The notes below the pieces were generated by a model. It made no database searches. It was not told where the DNA came from and saw nothing but the letters and a program-made list of their open reading frames with translations. This document shows, one piece after another, positions 40,235 to 50,871 of a DNA stretch of 64,000 nt (position 1 is the stretch's first letter; every line of letters begins with the position of its first letter). The stretch lies in assembly GCA_963769935.1 (NCBI GenBank), contig CAVYNY010000009.1, positions 64,001 to 128,000 on the forward strand. Direction: 5' to 3'. Source of the stretch: an uncultured delta proteobacterium. GTDB taxonomy: Bacteria; Desulfobacterota; Desulfobacteria; Desulfobacterales; JAFDCJ01. Position numbers and translations under genes: made by a program.

Positions 40235-42055
40235 GTGAGCATGACGCCTGATATAATGCTGACCATGATCGTTCTGTTTTTTGTGATTTTTCTTTTTATT
40301 TTTGAATGGGTGCGGGTGGATGTTGTCGGAATAATTATGATGGTATTGTTGCCGCTGGCCGGTTTGATATCGCCCAAAGAGGCCTTCGTCGGTTTGAGCA
40401 GCAACGCCGTATGTTCCATCATTGCGGTTATTATCATCGGTGCCGGTCTTGACAAGACCGGTGTGATGAATCAGGTGGCCGGCCCCATCATCAAACTGGC
40501 CGGAAAAAGCGAAAAGAGAATTATAATTCTGATATCGGGAACCGTCGGGATAATCTCCAGCATGATGCAAAACATCGGTGCGGCCGCACTTTTCCTGCCG
40601 GCTGCGCAGCGTATTGCCAAACGCATGGAGGTACCCGTATCCCGCATCCTGATGCCCCTGGGATTTTGCGCCATCATCGGCGGGACCATCACGCTGGTGG
40701 GTGCCAGCCCGACTATTTTGTTGAACGATCTCATGGTCCTGGGTACGGAAAAACTGGAGCCTTTCGGTCTGTTTACCCAAACGCCTATCGGGATCTGCCT
40801 GCTGGCCAGCGCCATACTCTATTTCACATTGTTCGGAAAATTCATTCTACCAGCCGCCGAAGGCGAAGCCGACCGCGGCGTTACCGCCTCCCTGTTGGAA
40901 GCCTACAGTCCCCTGGGGACCGTATTCGAACTGCACGTCTCCGATGATTTTAAGGGCCCGCATACCCTGGAAAAACTCGCAATCCGGGAGCAGTTTCTAA
41001 CCACCGTGGTGGCCATCAATCACGCCGCCAAAAAGGAAAAAATATTTGTGCCCCATAGCACCGATACGATCGAACCCGGTGATGATATTGCCGCGGTCGG
41101 CCGGGAAAAAAACATTCGCGCGCTGGCCGGAGAGTACGGCTGGCAGATAAAAGGGGGATTGGAAGTATTTGCCGAAAGTATGGCACGAACCAATGCCGGC
41201 ATGGCGGAGACCATTGTTTCCCCCCGCTCGGAGCTGATCAATAAAACTCTGAGTGAAATCAATTTCAAAGAGCTTTACGGTGTCAACCCCGTCGCCTTGT
41301 CCAAGGGCCGCAAAATTTTCTACAGCGGCCTGACCAACATTGCCCTGGAAATGGGTGACACACTCCTGCTGCAAGGGCCGTGGGAACGATTTCACATCTT
41401 AAAAAACCGGCCGCAGCCGCGCGCCCTGAGCTTTGCCACCCCGCTGGAGGGCGAAATCCTGCGGCCGCAAAAAGCCAAACTGGCCTGTGGCTGGTTGGCG
41501 GCGGCCCTGCTGCAGATTATTATTTTCAAAGTCCAGCTCTCCGTGGCCCTGATGTCCGGAGCGCTGGGGATGATCATCACCGGGGTGCTTTCGATAGACG
41601 AGGCCTACCGGGCGGTGGATTGGATGACGGTGTTTCTACTTGCCGGGCTCATCCCCCTGGGAATTGCTTTTGAAAAAACCGGTACGGCGGCTTTAATTGC
41701 CCATAACATTCTGGCCTTAATCGGCCGGCCCAGCCCGATCGTGCTGCTGGCGGTGGTGGGCCTGATGACTTCCTTTTTCACTCTGGTAATCTCCAATGTC
41801 GGCGCAACGGTGCTGCTGGTGCCGCTGTGTATGAACATGGCCCTCATGGCGGGCGGGGATCCCCGCATGGCCGCGCTGGTGGTGGGGCTTTCCGCCTCCA
41901 ACACCTTCGTGCTGCCCACCCACCAGGTCAACGCCCTGATGATGCGGCCGGGAGGATATCGCACCGTGGATTATGCCAAAGCCGGCATCGTGATGACGAC
42001 TATCTTTTTGACCGTTGAGTTGACGATCCTATACTTCTTTTACGGAATCCAATAA
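40235..42055 (+). CDS. SLC13/DASS family permease with two TrkA-C domains
   Basis: RVDVVG; GG..TLVGASPTI; two TrkA-C-like domains; VISNVGAT; PTHQVNAL..PGGY..DY. Confidence 0.93.
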   Translation: MSMTPDIMLTMIVLFFVIFLFIFEWVRVDVVGIIMMVLLPLAGLISPKEAFVGLSSNAVCSIIAVIIIGAGLDKTGVMNQVAGPIIKLAGKSEKRIIILISGTVGIISSMMQNIGAAALFLPAAQRIAKRMEVPVSRILMPLGFCAIIGGTITLVGASPTILLNDLMVLGTEKLEPFGLFTQTPIGICLLASAILYFTLFGKFILPAAEGEADRGVTASLLEAYSPLGTVFELHVSDDFKGPHTLEKLAIREQFLTTVVAINHAAKKEKIFVPHSTDTIEPGDDIAAVGREKNIRALAGEYGWQIKGGLEVFAESMARTNAGMAETIVSPRSELINKTLSEINFKELYGVNPVALSKGRKIFYSGLTNIALEMGDTLLLQGPWERFHILKNRPQPRALSFATPLEGEILRPQKAKLACGWLAAALLQIIIFKVQLSVALMSGALGMIITGVLSIDEAYRAVDWMTVFLLAGLIPLGIAFEKTGTAALIAHNILALIGRPSPIVLLAVVGLMTSFFTLVISNVGATVLLVPLCMNMALMAGGDPRMAALVVGLSASNTFVLPTHQVNALMMRPGGYRTVDYAKAGIVMTTIFLTVELTILYFFYGIQ

Positions 42056-42081
42056 GCTCTGCGACCAAGGAGACCATTTCC

Positions 42082-42933
42082 ATGGCCATTATCACTATTG
42101 CCCGCGAATGCTGCAGCCATGGCGCTGAAATCGCTGAAAAAGTCGCCGAGATGCTGGGGTATGAATGTATCAGCCGGGAAATTCTGCTCGAGGCGGCATA
42201 CTTTTTCAATATCCCTGAACAGAGACTGCTGCATTCGATTCACGATGCCCCCAGCGTGCTGGAAAGAATAACCCACGGCCGGGAAAAATATCTCGCCTAT
42301 ATTCGGGCGGCACTGCTGGCGCACGTAAAAAAAGACAACATCGTCTATCATGGACATGCCGGCCATTTGCTGATTCCTGAAATTACGCATGTTCTGAAAA
42401 TAAGACTCTTTGCCGCTGAGAGCGATCGCATCGCTCTGCTGCAAAAGGAGCAGAAGATGTCGCCGGAGGAAGCCCTGGCCTTTCTGAAAAGCGAGGATAA
42501 GCAGCGGATCGACTGGACCCGCTATATTTACAATCGCGATGTCCACGACCCCGAACTGTATGATCTTATAATCAACCTAACCCACCTGAAGATTGAAGAT
42601 GCCTGCGATATTATCTGCCGGGCAGTCTCCAGCGACATCTATGCGACAACGGCTATGTCCCAAAAACTGGTCTCTGATCTGGCCGTCAGCAGCCATGTGA
42701 AAGCCGCACTGCAGGATATCTGCGACGCCGAGGTCAGCGCCGACAGCGGGATGGTTCATATTCAGGTTGTCGGGCAGAAAATCAGGAACACGGGCATCGC
42801 CACTTCCGAGCTGCAGCAGCAGGTCCGGGAAAAAATTCGCGAGGACCTGAATCAGGAGATATTACAAATCACCCGGCGCATTCCTGGTGTGAAAGAAGTT
42901 GTGTGCGACATCGATCTGCCCTACTATGCCTAA
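42082..42933 (+). CDS. cytidylate-kinase-like family protein with BON-like C-terminus
   Basis: MAIITIARE..S.G.EIA; VYHGHAGH; DPELYDLIIN. Confidence 0.88.
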   Translation: MAIITIARECCSHGAEIAEKVAEMLGYECISREILLEAAYFFNIPEQRLLHSIHDAPSVLERITHGREKYLAYIRAALLAHVKKDNIVYHGHAGHLLIPEITHVLKIRLFAAESDRIALLQKEQKMSPEEALAFLKSEDKQRIDWTRYIYNRDVHDPELYDLIINLTHLKIEDACDIICRAVSSDIYATTAMSQKLVSDLAVSSHVKAALQDICDAEVSADSGMVHIQVVGQKIRNTGIATSELQQQVREKIREDLNQEILQITRRIPGVKEVVCDIDLPYYA

Positions 42934-43088
42934 AGTCGCATACCGTTGATACCTAATCCGGATGAATCGGGACCAAAAAGGACAAAATAATCACGCAAAC
43001 ACGCAAGCCATTTGAAAATCAGAGCACTCGTCAACATCGACAACAAATTGTGGATGTCGTACAGTTAAACGCCTAACTGCGGATCACT

Positions 43089-44516
43089 ATGAGAGTCAGT
43101 CTACGAAAAAAAATCATCATCGCGCTTTCGCTTTTTTTGACGGCCGGCGGCTCGATGTGGCTGCTGAACTATTACAAACATTACGTTCTGAACCAGAAAC
43201 TTGAGATTCTGGAAAAAAAGGATGATCTTTTCAACACCATCCTTGAGGCCCGCCGCTACGAGAAAAACTACTTCTTATACATGGAACCGAACAATCTTGA
43301 GGAATCACTGTCCTATGCGCAGCAGGCCGAACACAAGCTGGTCAAACTCATAGAAAATTACGGCAGCTACACCCTCGATAGAAACCTCGAGAATAAGCTG
43401 GATAATCTGAGGCAATACGAAAAAGCCCTTTCGGCTTTACTTGTGCTGCATCAGCAAAAAGGGTCGTCGGTAAGCAACCCCGATCTGACGGAAACTTTTG
43501 CCGGGCGGCAGGAAGCCATCCGCATCCTGGCCCGAAAAATTACCGAGGATATGGAGAAAATCCTCAATGAGGAGCGCCGCTATGTTAATCAACTCATCCG
43601 GGAATCGAAAATCTACCACTTGCTGGCCCTGATCGGAATCGTCTCCCTAACGATATTGACCGTGCTTTTTTTTATCTTCAATGTCAACCGGCCCTTGAAG
43701 GCCATCGAAGAAGGCATTCACAAAATCGTCGAAGGAGACTACAAAAACATGCCGGCCATTTCAACCGGGGATGAATTCGAGTCTCTGGTGACCAGTTTAA
43801 ATACGATGATCAGCGAGCTGAACAAACGCAGCGAACAGCTGGTGCAAAGTGAAAAGATGGCCTCTTTGGGCACCCTGACCTCCGGCGTGGCCCATGAATT
43901 GAACAATCCGCTGAACAACATTTCCACCTCGGTTCAGATCCTGCTCGAAGAGCTGGAAGATGAGGATCTGGCATATAAAAAAGAGCTGCTAACCGAAACG
44001 GAAGGACAGATTCAGCGGGCACGGGACATCGTCAGGGCGCTGCTGGACTTCTCCCGGGAAAGATCTTTTAAACTGAAAAAGGTTAAATTTTCAGAACTGG
44101 TGGAAAACACCATTCGGTTGATTAAAGGCGAAATACCGACCAATGTGCAGCTCGCCGTTGACGTCCCCGTTGATATCGAGGGGGACATGGACCCGCGTCG
44201 GATCGAACAGGTTCTGATCAACTTAATTTTAAACGGCATCCAGGCGATGGAGCAAGGCGGCATCCTGGGCATCAAAGCCCGGTGGAAAGAAAACGATGGT
44301 GGATTTTTCTTTGAAGTCACCGATACGGGCAAAGGTATCCCACCGGAGGATATCGGCAAAATTTTTGATCCCTTTTTCACCACCAAAGATGTCGGCAAGG
44401 GATGCGGCCTGGGTCTTTCGGTCTCGCACGGCATCATCGAACAGCATGGGGGCCGAATAGAAGTAAATAGCCAAACCGGCCGGGGTACTAAGTTTACCGT
44501 TTTTTTATCTTCCTGA
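43089..44516 (+). CDS. HAMP sensor histidine kinase (NtrB-like)
   Basis: RRYEKNYFLY; SGVAHELNNPL; DPFFTTK; GLGLS. Confidence 0.95.
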   Translation: MRVSLRKKIIIALSLFLTAGGSMWLLNYYKHYVLNQKLEILEKKDDLFNTILEARRYEKNYFLYMEPNNLEESLSYAQQAEHKLVKLIENYGSYTLDRNLENKLDNLRQYEKALSALLVLHQQKGSSVSNPDLTETFAGRQEAIRILARKITEDMEKILNEERRYVNQLIRESKIYHLLALIGIVSLTILTVLFFIFNVNRPLKAIEEGIHKIVEGDYKNMPAISTGDEFESLVTSLNTMISELNKRSEQLVQSEKMASLGTLTSGVAHELNNPLNNISTSVQILLEELEDEDLAYKKELLTETEGQIQRARDIVRALLDFSRERSFKLKKVKFSELVENTIRLIKGEIPTNVQLAVDVPVDIEGDMDPRRIEQVLINLILNGIQAMEQGGILGIKARWKENDGGFFFEVTDTGKGIPPEDIGKIFDPFFTTKDVGKGCGLGLSVSHGIIEQHGGRIEVNSQTGRGTKFTVFLSS

Positions 44517-44747
44517 TGACTCGCAGCGGCTTCAATAAGTCTAGATTTCGATTGAATCCCACCTGATTTTTCATTAATATGTGTTCTTCTGTCTGGTCGC
44601 TTGGCAGAAACGTCCTCTGCGGGGCAGCAAATTGATCGCTGAGTCATTTGAATAGGTGTCAGATGTCAGACAAAACGCCCTAAGCGCCTAACCCGACGGC
44701 ACCTTTGCGACGCCATCATTTGATGATCCACATGGAAGGGAGGATTC

Positions 44748-46106
44748 ATGCAGGCATCCGTAGCCAGTATACTTGTCGTCGAAGACGAGAATATCGCTCG
44801 CCGGAACCTTGAACATATACTGAAGAAGGAAGGCTATGAGGTAATTGCGACGGGCAGCGGCGCAAAAGCGCTCGATTTGCTGCGGCACCGGGACTTCGAC
44901 CTGGTTCTCACGGATCTTAAAATGGAAAAAGTCGACGGCATGCAAGTACTCGAAAAAAGCCGGGAGCTTCACCCCTATACCGAAGTGATCATGATCACCG
45001 GGTATGCGACGGTGGATTCGGCGGTTGCGGCCATGAAAGAGGGCGCGTATCATTATATCGCCAAGCCCTACAAAATTGATGAGATCAGACAAATCGTCGG
45101 CCAGGCCCTCATGAAACGCCGGCTGCAGCTGGAAAACCGGGAACTCAGAGAATCTCTTAAAAAGGCGCAGCCGGTGCCTTTTATTGTGGGCAAAAGCAAG
45201 GCGATCACCCAGGTGCTTGAGACCATCCAGCAGATATCCTCCTCCGACACCAATGTATTGATCTTTGGTGAAAGCGGCACCGGCAAGGAACTGGCGGCAA
45301 AGGCGATCCATCATCTGAGTCCACGGTCCGAGAAGAGATTCGTGGCCTTTAACTGCGGCTCGTTTAGCGACGAACTCATGGCCAATGAGCTCTTTGGCCA
45401 TGAAAAAGGAGCTTTCACCGGCGCTGTTCAGGAAAAAAAAGGGCTGCTGCAGACGGCCGACGGCGGCACGGTCTTTCTGGATGAAATCGGTGACATGCCG
45501 ATGACCATGCAGGTGAAATTGCTGCGGGTAATTCAGGAAAAAGAGCTTTTACGCGTCGGCGGGGTGGATCCCTTTCCCGTTGACGTGCGCTTTTTAGCTG
45601 CCACTCACCGTGATCTTCAGCAGGATGTGCAAAGCGGGCATTTCCGGCAGGATCTTTACTATCGGCTCAACGTGATCGCGTTGCGGCTCCCGCCCCTGAC
45701 CGATCGCATCGACGATATTCCACTGCTGGTGAATCATTTTTTGGCCCAGAAGAGCCGGAGCATGAAAAAACAGATCGAGGCAATTGAGCCGCAAGCCATG
45801 GATCTGTTATGCCGCTACAGCTGGCCCGGCAATGTGCGGGAGTTGGAAAACATCATGGAAAGGGCCATAGCACTGGAAAATGGACCGCTGATCCGTGTGG
45901 CGGACCTGCCTGACTACGTTCACAATCTCACCATCGAGACTTATCGCCACACACCCTCGGACATTCCCTCCCTGGAAGATCAGGAAAAACGATACATTCA
46001 GTGGGTTCTGGAAAAAAGCGACGGCAACAAGAGCAAGGCGGCCAAAATTATGGGAATCGATCGCGTCTCATTATGGCGGAAGTTAAAGCGCTACGGCATC
46101 GAGTGA
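44748..46106 (+). CDS. sigma54-dependent response regulator (NtrC/ZraR family)
   Basis: REC; GESGTGKE; GAFTGA; WPGNVREL; HTH. Confidence 0.96.
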   Translation: MQASVASILVVEDENIARRNLEHILKKEGYEVIATGSGAKALDLLRHRDFDLVLTDLKMEKVDGMQVLEKSRELHPYTEVIMITGYATVDSAVAAMKEGAYHYIAKPYKIDEIRQIVGQALMKRRLQLENRELRESLKKAQPVPFIVGKSKAITQVLETIQQISSSDTNVLIFGESGTGKELAAKAIHHLSPRSEKRFVAFNCGSFSDELMANELFGHEKGAFTGAVQEKKGLLQTADGGTVFLDEIGDMPMTMQVKLLRVIQEKELLRVGGVDPFPVDVRFLAATHRDLQQDVQSGHFRQDLYYRLNVIALRLPPLTDRIDDIPLLVNHFLAQKSRSMKKQIEAIEPQAMDLLCRYSWPGNVRELENIMERAIALENGPLIRVADLPDYVHNLTIETYRHTPSDIPSLEDQEKRYIQWVLEKSDGNKSKAAKIMGIDRVSLWRKLKRYGIE

Positions 46107-46122
46107 TGGCATATACACGTAA

Positions 46123-46195
46123 TGATGGAGTATTGGAGTATTGAAAAAAAGTTATCAAACCTTTAGCCATCACTCCAACACTCCATTACTCCAAC
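46123..46195. repeat. inverted pair of 8-mer tandem arrays (GGAGTATT / CACTCCAA)
   Basis: gatggagtattggagtattg ... catcactccaacactccattactcca. Confidence 0.8.
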
Positions 46196-46275
46196 ACGCC
46201 GATGTCAAATTAAAATCCCCCTCTAAACTCACCTTATTTGGGTTCATAAAACCGTTTTGTTTTGCAGGCCACGGG

Positions 46276-46932
46276 TCAATTCAGTTTGCGCAGCTCATCA
46301 AGCGCCTCGTTGGGACCCAGCAGAATCATAATGTCGCTGTCCTTTAATACAAATTGGGCCGTCGGAATCAAGTTCAAGCGATCCGGAATGACTTCTTTGA
46401 CGGCAACTACCTGAACGCCGAACTTGTTAATGAGGTTCAACTCCCGCAGGGATTTGCCGATAAATCGGTTGGGCGGCGCCAATTGGATGATACTGTAGCC
46501 TTCAAGAAAAGGCAGATAATCCAACATATTTGGATTGTGCAGCCGTTCAGCCAGGGAAATAGCCTGATCTCTTTCCGGAAAAAAAACTTCTGAAGCCCCG
46601 ATTTTTTGAAGGATGCGTGAGTGAGCTTCGCTGAGTGCCTTGGCATACACGCGCTCAACTCCGATATCCTTCAGATTCAGGGTCGCCAGGATGGATTCGC
46701 TCAGCACGGAACCGATGCAAACTACCGCTGCATCCATTTTATCCAGTCCAAGTGCCTCCAGCGCCTTACGGTCCGTGGCGTCTGCGACTACGGCCTGACT
46801 GACCTGATCTTTGATCTCGGTAACGCGGTTTGATATTTTATCGATTACCAGGACCTCATGGCCTTTTTTGTATAGATGGATAGCCAGATAGTGACCGAAA
46901 TTTCCACTTCCCAGGATAACAAATTGTTTCAT
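46276..46932 (-). CDS. ktrA: Ktr/Trk potassium uptake NAD-binding subunit
   Basis: GSGNFG; RCK_N plus RCK_C domains; FPER. Confidence 0.9.
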   Translation of the reverse strand: MKQFVILGSGNFGHYLAIHLYKKGHEVLVIDKISNRVTEIKDQVSQAVVADATDRKALEALGLDKMDAAVVCIGSVLSESILATLNLKDIGVERVYAKALSEAHSRILQKIGASEVFFPERDQAISLAERLHNPNMLDYLPFLEGYSIIQLAPPNRFIGKSLRELNLINKFGVQVVAVKEVIPDRLNLIPTAQFVLKDSDIMILLGPNEALDELRKLN

Positions 46933-46940
46933 TGCAGACC

Positions 46941-48338
46941 TCATCCACTCATTATTTCTTCTTCAGCATAGTAGTAGTGGGCCGCGTCAGGGCGGCTGAC
47001 AGCCAAAGCAATAACCAGCGGGCCCAGGCGACCCACGAACATCACCAGAGACAGAATCAGCTTGCCGGCCTGGCTGAGGCTTTCCGTGATCCCGGTGGAA
47101 AGCCCCACCGTGCCGAAGGCGCTGATCACTTCAAACAGCAGCTCCAGAAATTTTCCACGGCTCAGGGGATGGGGCAATTCCCCCAGTTCGGTCATGAGGA
47201 TAGCCATGGTGGCCAGGACAATGACTATCGTGCTGATCAGCACGACACTCATGGCTTTAGCGATACTGGTTGCCGAAATGGTGCGGCGAAATATCTGCGG
47301 ACGATCATGGCCGCGCAAACGCGAGATCCCCAAAACGATCAGACTGGCAAAAGAGCTGGTTTTGATGCCGCCTCCGCAGGAGCCCGGCGAGGCGCCGATA
47401 AACATAAGCAACATAAGAACAAAAAGCGTTTCATTGGCCATTTGACCGATCGGCAGTGTATTGAATCCCGCCGTCCGTGCGCTTACGGCTTGAAAAAATC
47501 CAGCCAGAAAGCGGCCGGAGACCGGCAGGGATGCAACGGTGTTATTCCATTCCATAAAACTGATCAGCAGGCTGCTGCAAATGAGCAAAAGTGCCGTTAC
47601 CGACAAAACCAGCTTCGAATGCAAACTGAGGCGGGACCAGCGTCGCCGATTGAATGGAAAATTCCGTTTAAGCTCGGAGAGAACTAAAAATCCAATACCG
47701 CCGCATACGATCAGAAAACAAATTACCAGATTCACCGTCAAATCCTGCCGATAGGGGATAAAACTGTCTGAAAAAAAGGAAAAACCGGCGTTGCAAAAGG
47801 CGCTGACTGCATGGAAAACCGAGAAATAAAACGCCTCGCCCACCGACCGGCCGGGGAGAAACCGCAAAAACAGCAGCGACGCACCAATACCTTCAATGAC
47901 CAGCGTAAACAGGAAAACATCCCGAATAATGTCGGGAAGGCTTCGTTCTCCACCGCCGGTAAAGGCATCCTGGATCACCATTCGTCCCACGAGACTCGGC
48001 CGCCTGCCGCCGATCAGAAGAAATAAAGTCGACATGGTCATTATGCCAAGGCCACCGGCCTGGATTAATCCAAGGACGACGAGCTGTCCAAATATGCTCA
48101 GCGCACTGCCTGTATCCACAACGACCAGACCGGTCACACAACTTGCCGAAACAGCGGTAAAAAGTGCATCTACAAACCCAAGGTTGCGGCTGGTCGAGGC
48201 AGCCGGCAGCATCAATAGAGCAGTACCGACAATTATAAGGGCTGCGAATCCAAAAATTGAAAATCGCGCCGGAGATCGAAACAGTACCCGGCGGGCAAGC
48301 GTGACGGCTGCCCGGCCCAATTTTATAAAAACAGACAT
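46941..48338 (-). CDS. ktrB: Ktr/Trk potassium uptake membrane subunit
   Basis: Four pore loops: SASCVTGL, SAFCNAGF, RTAGF, SAFGTVGLSTG. Confidence 0.95.
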   Translation of the reverse strand: MSVFIKLGRAAVTLARRVLFRSPARFSIFGFAALIIVGTALLMLPAASTSRNLGFVDALFTAVSASCVTGLVVVDTGSALSIFGQLVVLGLIQAGGLGIMTMSTLFLLIGGRRPSLVGRMVIQDAFTGGGERSLPDIIRDVFLFTLVIEGIGASLLFLRFLPGRSVGEAFYFSVFHAVSAFCNAGFSFFSDSFIPYRQDLTVNLVICFLIVCGGIGFLVLSELKRNFPFNRRRWSRLSLHSKLVLSVTALLLICSSLLISFMEWNNTVASLPVSGRFLAGFFQAVSARTAGFNTLPIGQMANETLFVLMLLMFIGASPGSCGGGIKTSSFASLIVLGISRLRGHDRPQIFRRTISATSIAKAMSVVLISTIVIVLATMAILMTELGELPHPLSRGKFLELLFEVISAFGTVGLSTGITESLSQAGKLILSLVMFVGRLGPLVIALAVSRPDAAHYYYAEEEIMSG

Positions 48339-48389
48339 GTGTCTTTCCTTGAATGCTGCCGACCACTTGATAAAATCATACCATAATCT

Positions 48390-48983
48390 CTATCCGGCAA
48401 TTTCCGTGCTTAAAGCTGCATATTCCTTGGTCAGCGAATCGTAAAACCGCGGGGTTCTCCAGATCGGGTCATCGTCGTCCGGAACCTGCTCGGTCTTTTT
48501 TTCCTGTTTATAGATGGTCAATCCCCTGGCAAGATAGTTGTCGAGCGCATATTTATGGTCCAGGGTGCAGGTGTGAACCCAGACCCGCCGGGGGTTTAAA
48601 TCCCAGGCCAGTCGGATCGCCGCCGACAACAAGAAGCCGCCCAAACCCATCCCGATATACTGGGGCAGAAGGCCGAAAAATGCAATCTCGGCGCTTTCGG
48701 CCTGCCGCACGAGTTCAATGTAGCCGAACGGAGATCCCTTGATATACCCGATCCAGGTGGTCACCGTATCATTTTCAACCAGTGCTTTCCAGTCCGAAAG
48801 CTTCCATTTCAGCCGGCTGTACCATTTCCAGGGTCGCCCGACATTGACAAAGAAAAAATGGTTGATGACCGGTGTCGGTATTTCAACTTTTTCGACCCGC
48901 ACATCGTCTCTATCCAAAATTTTGGGCCTGAAATCCTTTGGGGACAGCATTTCAAGAAAGATCGTGGTGACTTCTATTTCCAT
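48390..48983 (-). CDS. GNAT family N-acetyltransferase
   Basis: FGLLPQYIGMGLG (motif A); VWVHTCTLDH..AL.NY..RG. Confidence 0.9.
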   Translation of the reverse strand: MEIEVTTIFLEMLSPKDFRPKILDRDDVRVEKVEIPTPVINHFFFVNVGRPWKWYSRLKWKLSDWKALVENDTVTTWIGYIKGSPFGYIELVRQAESAEIAFFGLLPQYIGMGLGGFLLSAAIRLAWDLNPRRVWVHTCTLDHKYALDNYLARGLTIYKQEKKTEQVPDDDDPIWRTPRFYDSLTKEYAALSTEIAG

Positions 48984-48984
48984 T

Positions 48985-50871
48985 TTAAACAGCCGGAATA
49001 TCGACTTTTTTCAGATCTTCGATCAGAAAATCCAATTCGAGTTTCTCCAGGCTCGCCTCCGTGGGCACACTGGTTGAAGTATCCCAGCCGATTTGTTCCA
49101 GAAACTCTTTGGTCAAAAGCTTGTAATCCAAGGTGATATCCCGGACGTTGCCCTCCTTGAGCGGCGGATCGCCGATCATCCGGCCCGGGACCTTGCGGGT
49201 CAGGGGATTGAGCCCCTCCCGCAGGTTAAAGGCGTGGCGCATGGTAAAAATTCGCATCCCGATTTCGTAAATTTTCTCCATATCATAGTCCCGCCCGGTT
49301 ACCGCCGACAACTGGGCCGGCAAAAACTGCAGCGGATAGCACAGGGCGCCGAACATACAAAGCCCGGCGGCATTCACCACTTCATGGATCGCCACCAGCT
49401 TCGAATGCGTCGGTGCCTGTCCGGAATAGGTATACTTATCCCCTTCCGGTGCATCAAACCCGGGCGGTATGAGCAGCTCCCCGCCCTGGGTGTGACGGGC
49501 CGGGGTAGCCGCCACCAGGTAGGTCGTCGCCAGACCCGGGGTAAATTTGGGATCATGGGCCGGCATCTCTTCGCCCTGAACGTGTACGGCGTATTCGGTT
49601 CCAATTTGGCCGAGTTTTTCGCAGGCTGCGGCAATGCCGTCGGCCAAAACATCTCCAAACCCTTCGCGTCTGCCCATCTTTTCCGTCAACGCTACCACGG
49701 CCTCGGCGTTGCCCCAGGTCAGTTCCAACCCGTCGGTTTGATCCTGGCTCAGCAGTCCATTCTCATAGCACTCGATGGCATACCCAATGGTTGCACCGGC
49801 GGCGATGGTGTCCAAACCCAGGTTATTGCAAATTTCGTTGACCTTGATAATCGATGCCAGATCATCATTGAGCAGGTTCGAGCCGAACATGGCCAGGGTT
49901 TCATACTCGGGCTTGTGGCCGACGCCGTCATTGAATTCGAGGGCGAATTTGCCGCTTTTTTGAATCATCCTGCCGCCGCAGGCCACCGGACAGCGCCAGC
50001 AGCCATAAGGTTTATATCCCTCAACCCCAATGACGGCATCATCGCTGATTTTTCGGGCCCGCTCGGATGCAAAATCCGTAGTCCCGGCACCGCCCCAGTT
50101 CTTTACCGGACCATCACCGCTGAGGGCTGAATCGTGGGTAAAGCCGGCGGTACCGTATTTGTGGAATACCGGATAGCCGCCGGTGGCTTCCTTTAACATC
50201 TTCTTTTTAAGCTCCATCATTCCGGCTTCATCATGCAGCGGCACCTTCATCCTGCCCTTGACAACGACTGCTTTTAATTTTTTCGAACCCATGACCGCCC
50301 CGAGCCCGGAGCGGCCGGCGGCCCGCTCCTTGTCGTTCATAATACAGGCCATCAAGGCTAATTTTTCACCGGCCGGACCGATCGAACAGATTTCACAGTC
50401 TGATCCATGCCGCTCCTTCAGCAGATCTTCCAGGGGAGAAACGCCCATCCCCGCCAGATCGGCCGCGTCCAGCAGCGAGGCGCGGCCCTCATCGATGAAC
50501 AAATATACGAGTCTGGGGGATATGCCGCTGAACAAAATGCCGTCATAGCCGGCAAATTTAAGATGGGGACCGAAGTAGCCGCCGCAGTTGGCATCTCCCC
50601 AGCCGCCGGCCGTCTTGGGAGACTTGGCAACCACCACAAACCGGGACCCGATGACAGCCGGCGTGCCGGTCAAAGGCCCGGTCAAAATCCCCAGGATATT
50701 ATCCGGCCCCAGCGGATCAGCGCCGGCCGGTATGCGGTCATACAAAAGCCTGGCGCCCAGCCCATAGCCGCCGATAAATTTGGTGCACAACTCCTCGCTC
50801 AATTTTTCTTCTGAAATTTTACCATCGTTCAGGTTGACATTCAGCAGCTTTCCCATATATCCGTTGGCCAT
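48985..50871 (-). CDS. aor: aldehyde:ferredoxin oxidoreductase (tungstopterin family)
   Basis: GYMGKLL.VNL; KSP; GRSGLGAVMGSKKLKA; CWRCPVAC; PEYET; GLDTI. Confidence 0.95.
   Translation of the reverse strand: MANGYMGKLLNVNLNDGKISEEKLSEELCTKFIGGYGLGARLLYDRIPAGADPLGPDNILGILTGPLTGTPAVIGSRFVVVAKSPKTAGGWGDANCGGYFGPHLKFAGYDGILFSGISPRLVYLFIDEGRASLLDAADLAGMGVSPLEDLLKERHGSDCEICSIGPAGEKLALMACIMNDKERAAGRSGLGAVMGSKKLKAVVVKGRMKVPLHDEAGMMELKKKMLKEATGGYPVFHKYGTAGFTHDSALSGDGPVKNWGGAGTTDFASERARKISDDAVIGVEGYKPYGCWRCPVACGGRMIQKSGKFALEFNDGVGHKPEYETLAMFGSNLLNDDLASIIKVNEICNNLGLDTIAAGATIGYAIECYENGLLSQDQTDGLELTWGNAEAVVALTEKMGRREGFGDVLADGIAAACEKLGQIGTEYAVHVQGEEMPAHDPKFTPGLATTYLVAATPARHTQGGELLIPPGFDAPEGDKYTYSGQAPTHSKLVAIHEVVNAAGLCMFGALCYPLQFLPAQLSAVTGRDYDMEKIYEIGMRIFTMRHAFNLREGLNPLTRKVPGRMIGDPPLKEGNVRDITLDYKLLTKEFLEQIGWDTSTSVPTEASLEKLELDFLIEDLKKVDIPAV

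Noticed and set aside
49093..50130. Long antisense ORFs (also 5377-6249, 8574-9206, 35409-36041, 37525-38262, 44688-45401 and 342-1619)
   Set aside because: These are shadows of well-supported genes on the opposite strand, with no motifs of their own.
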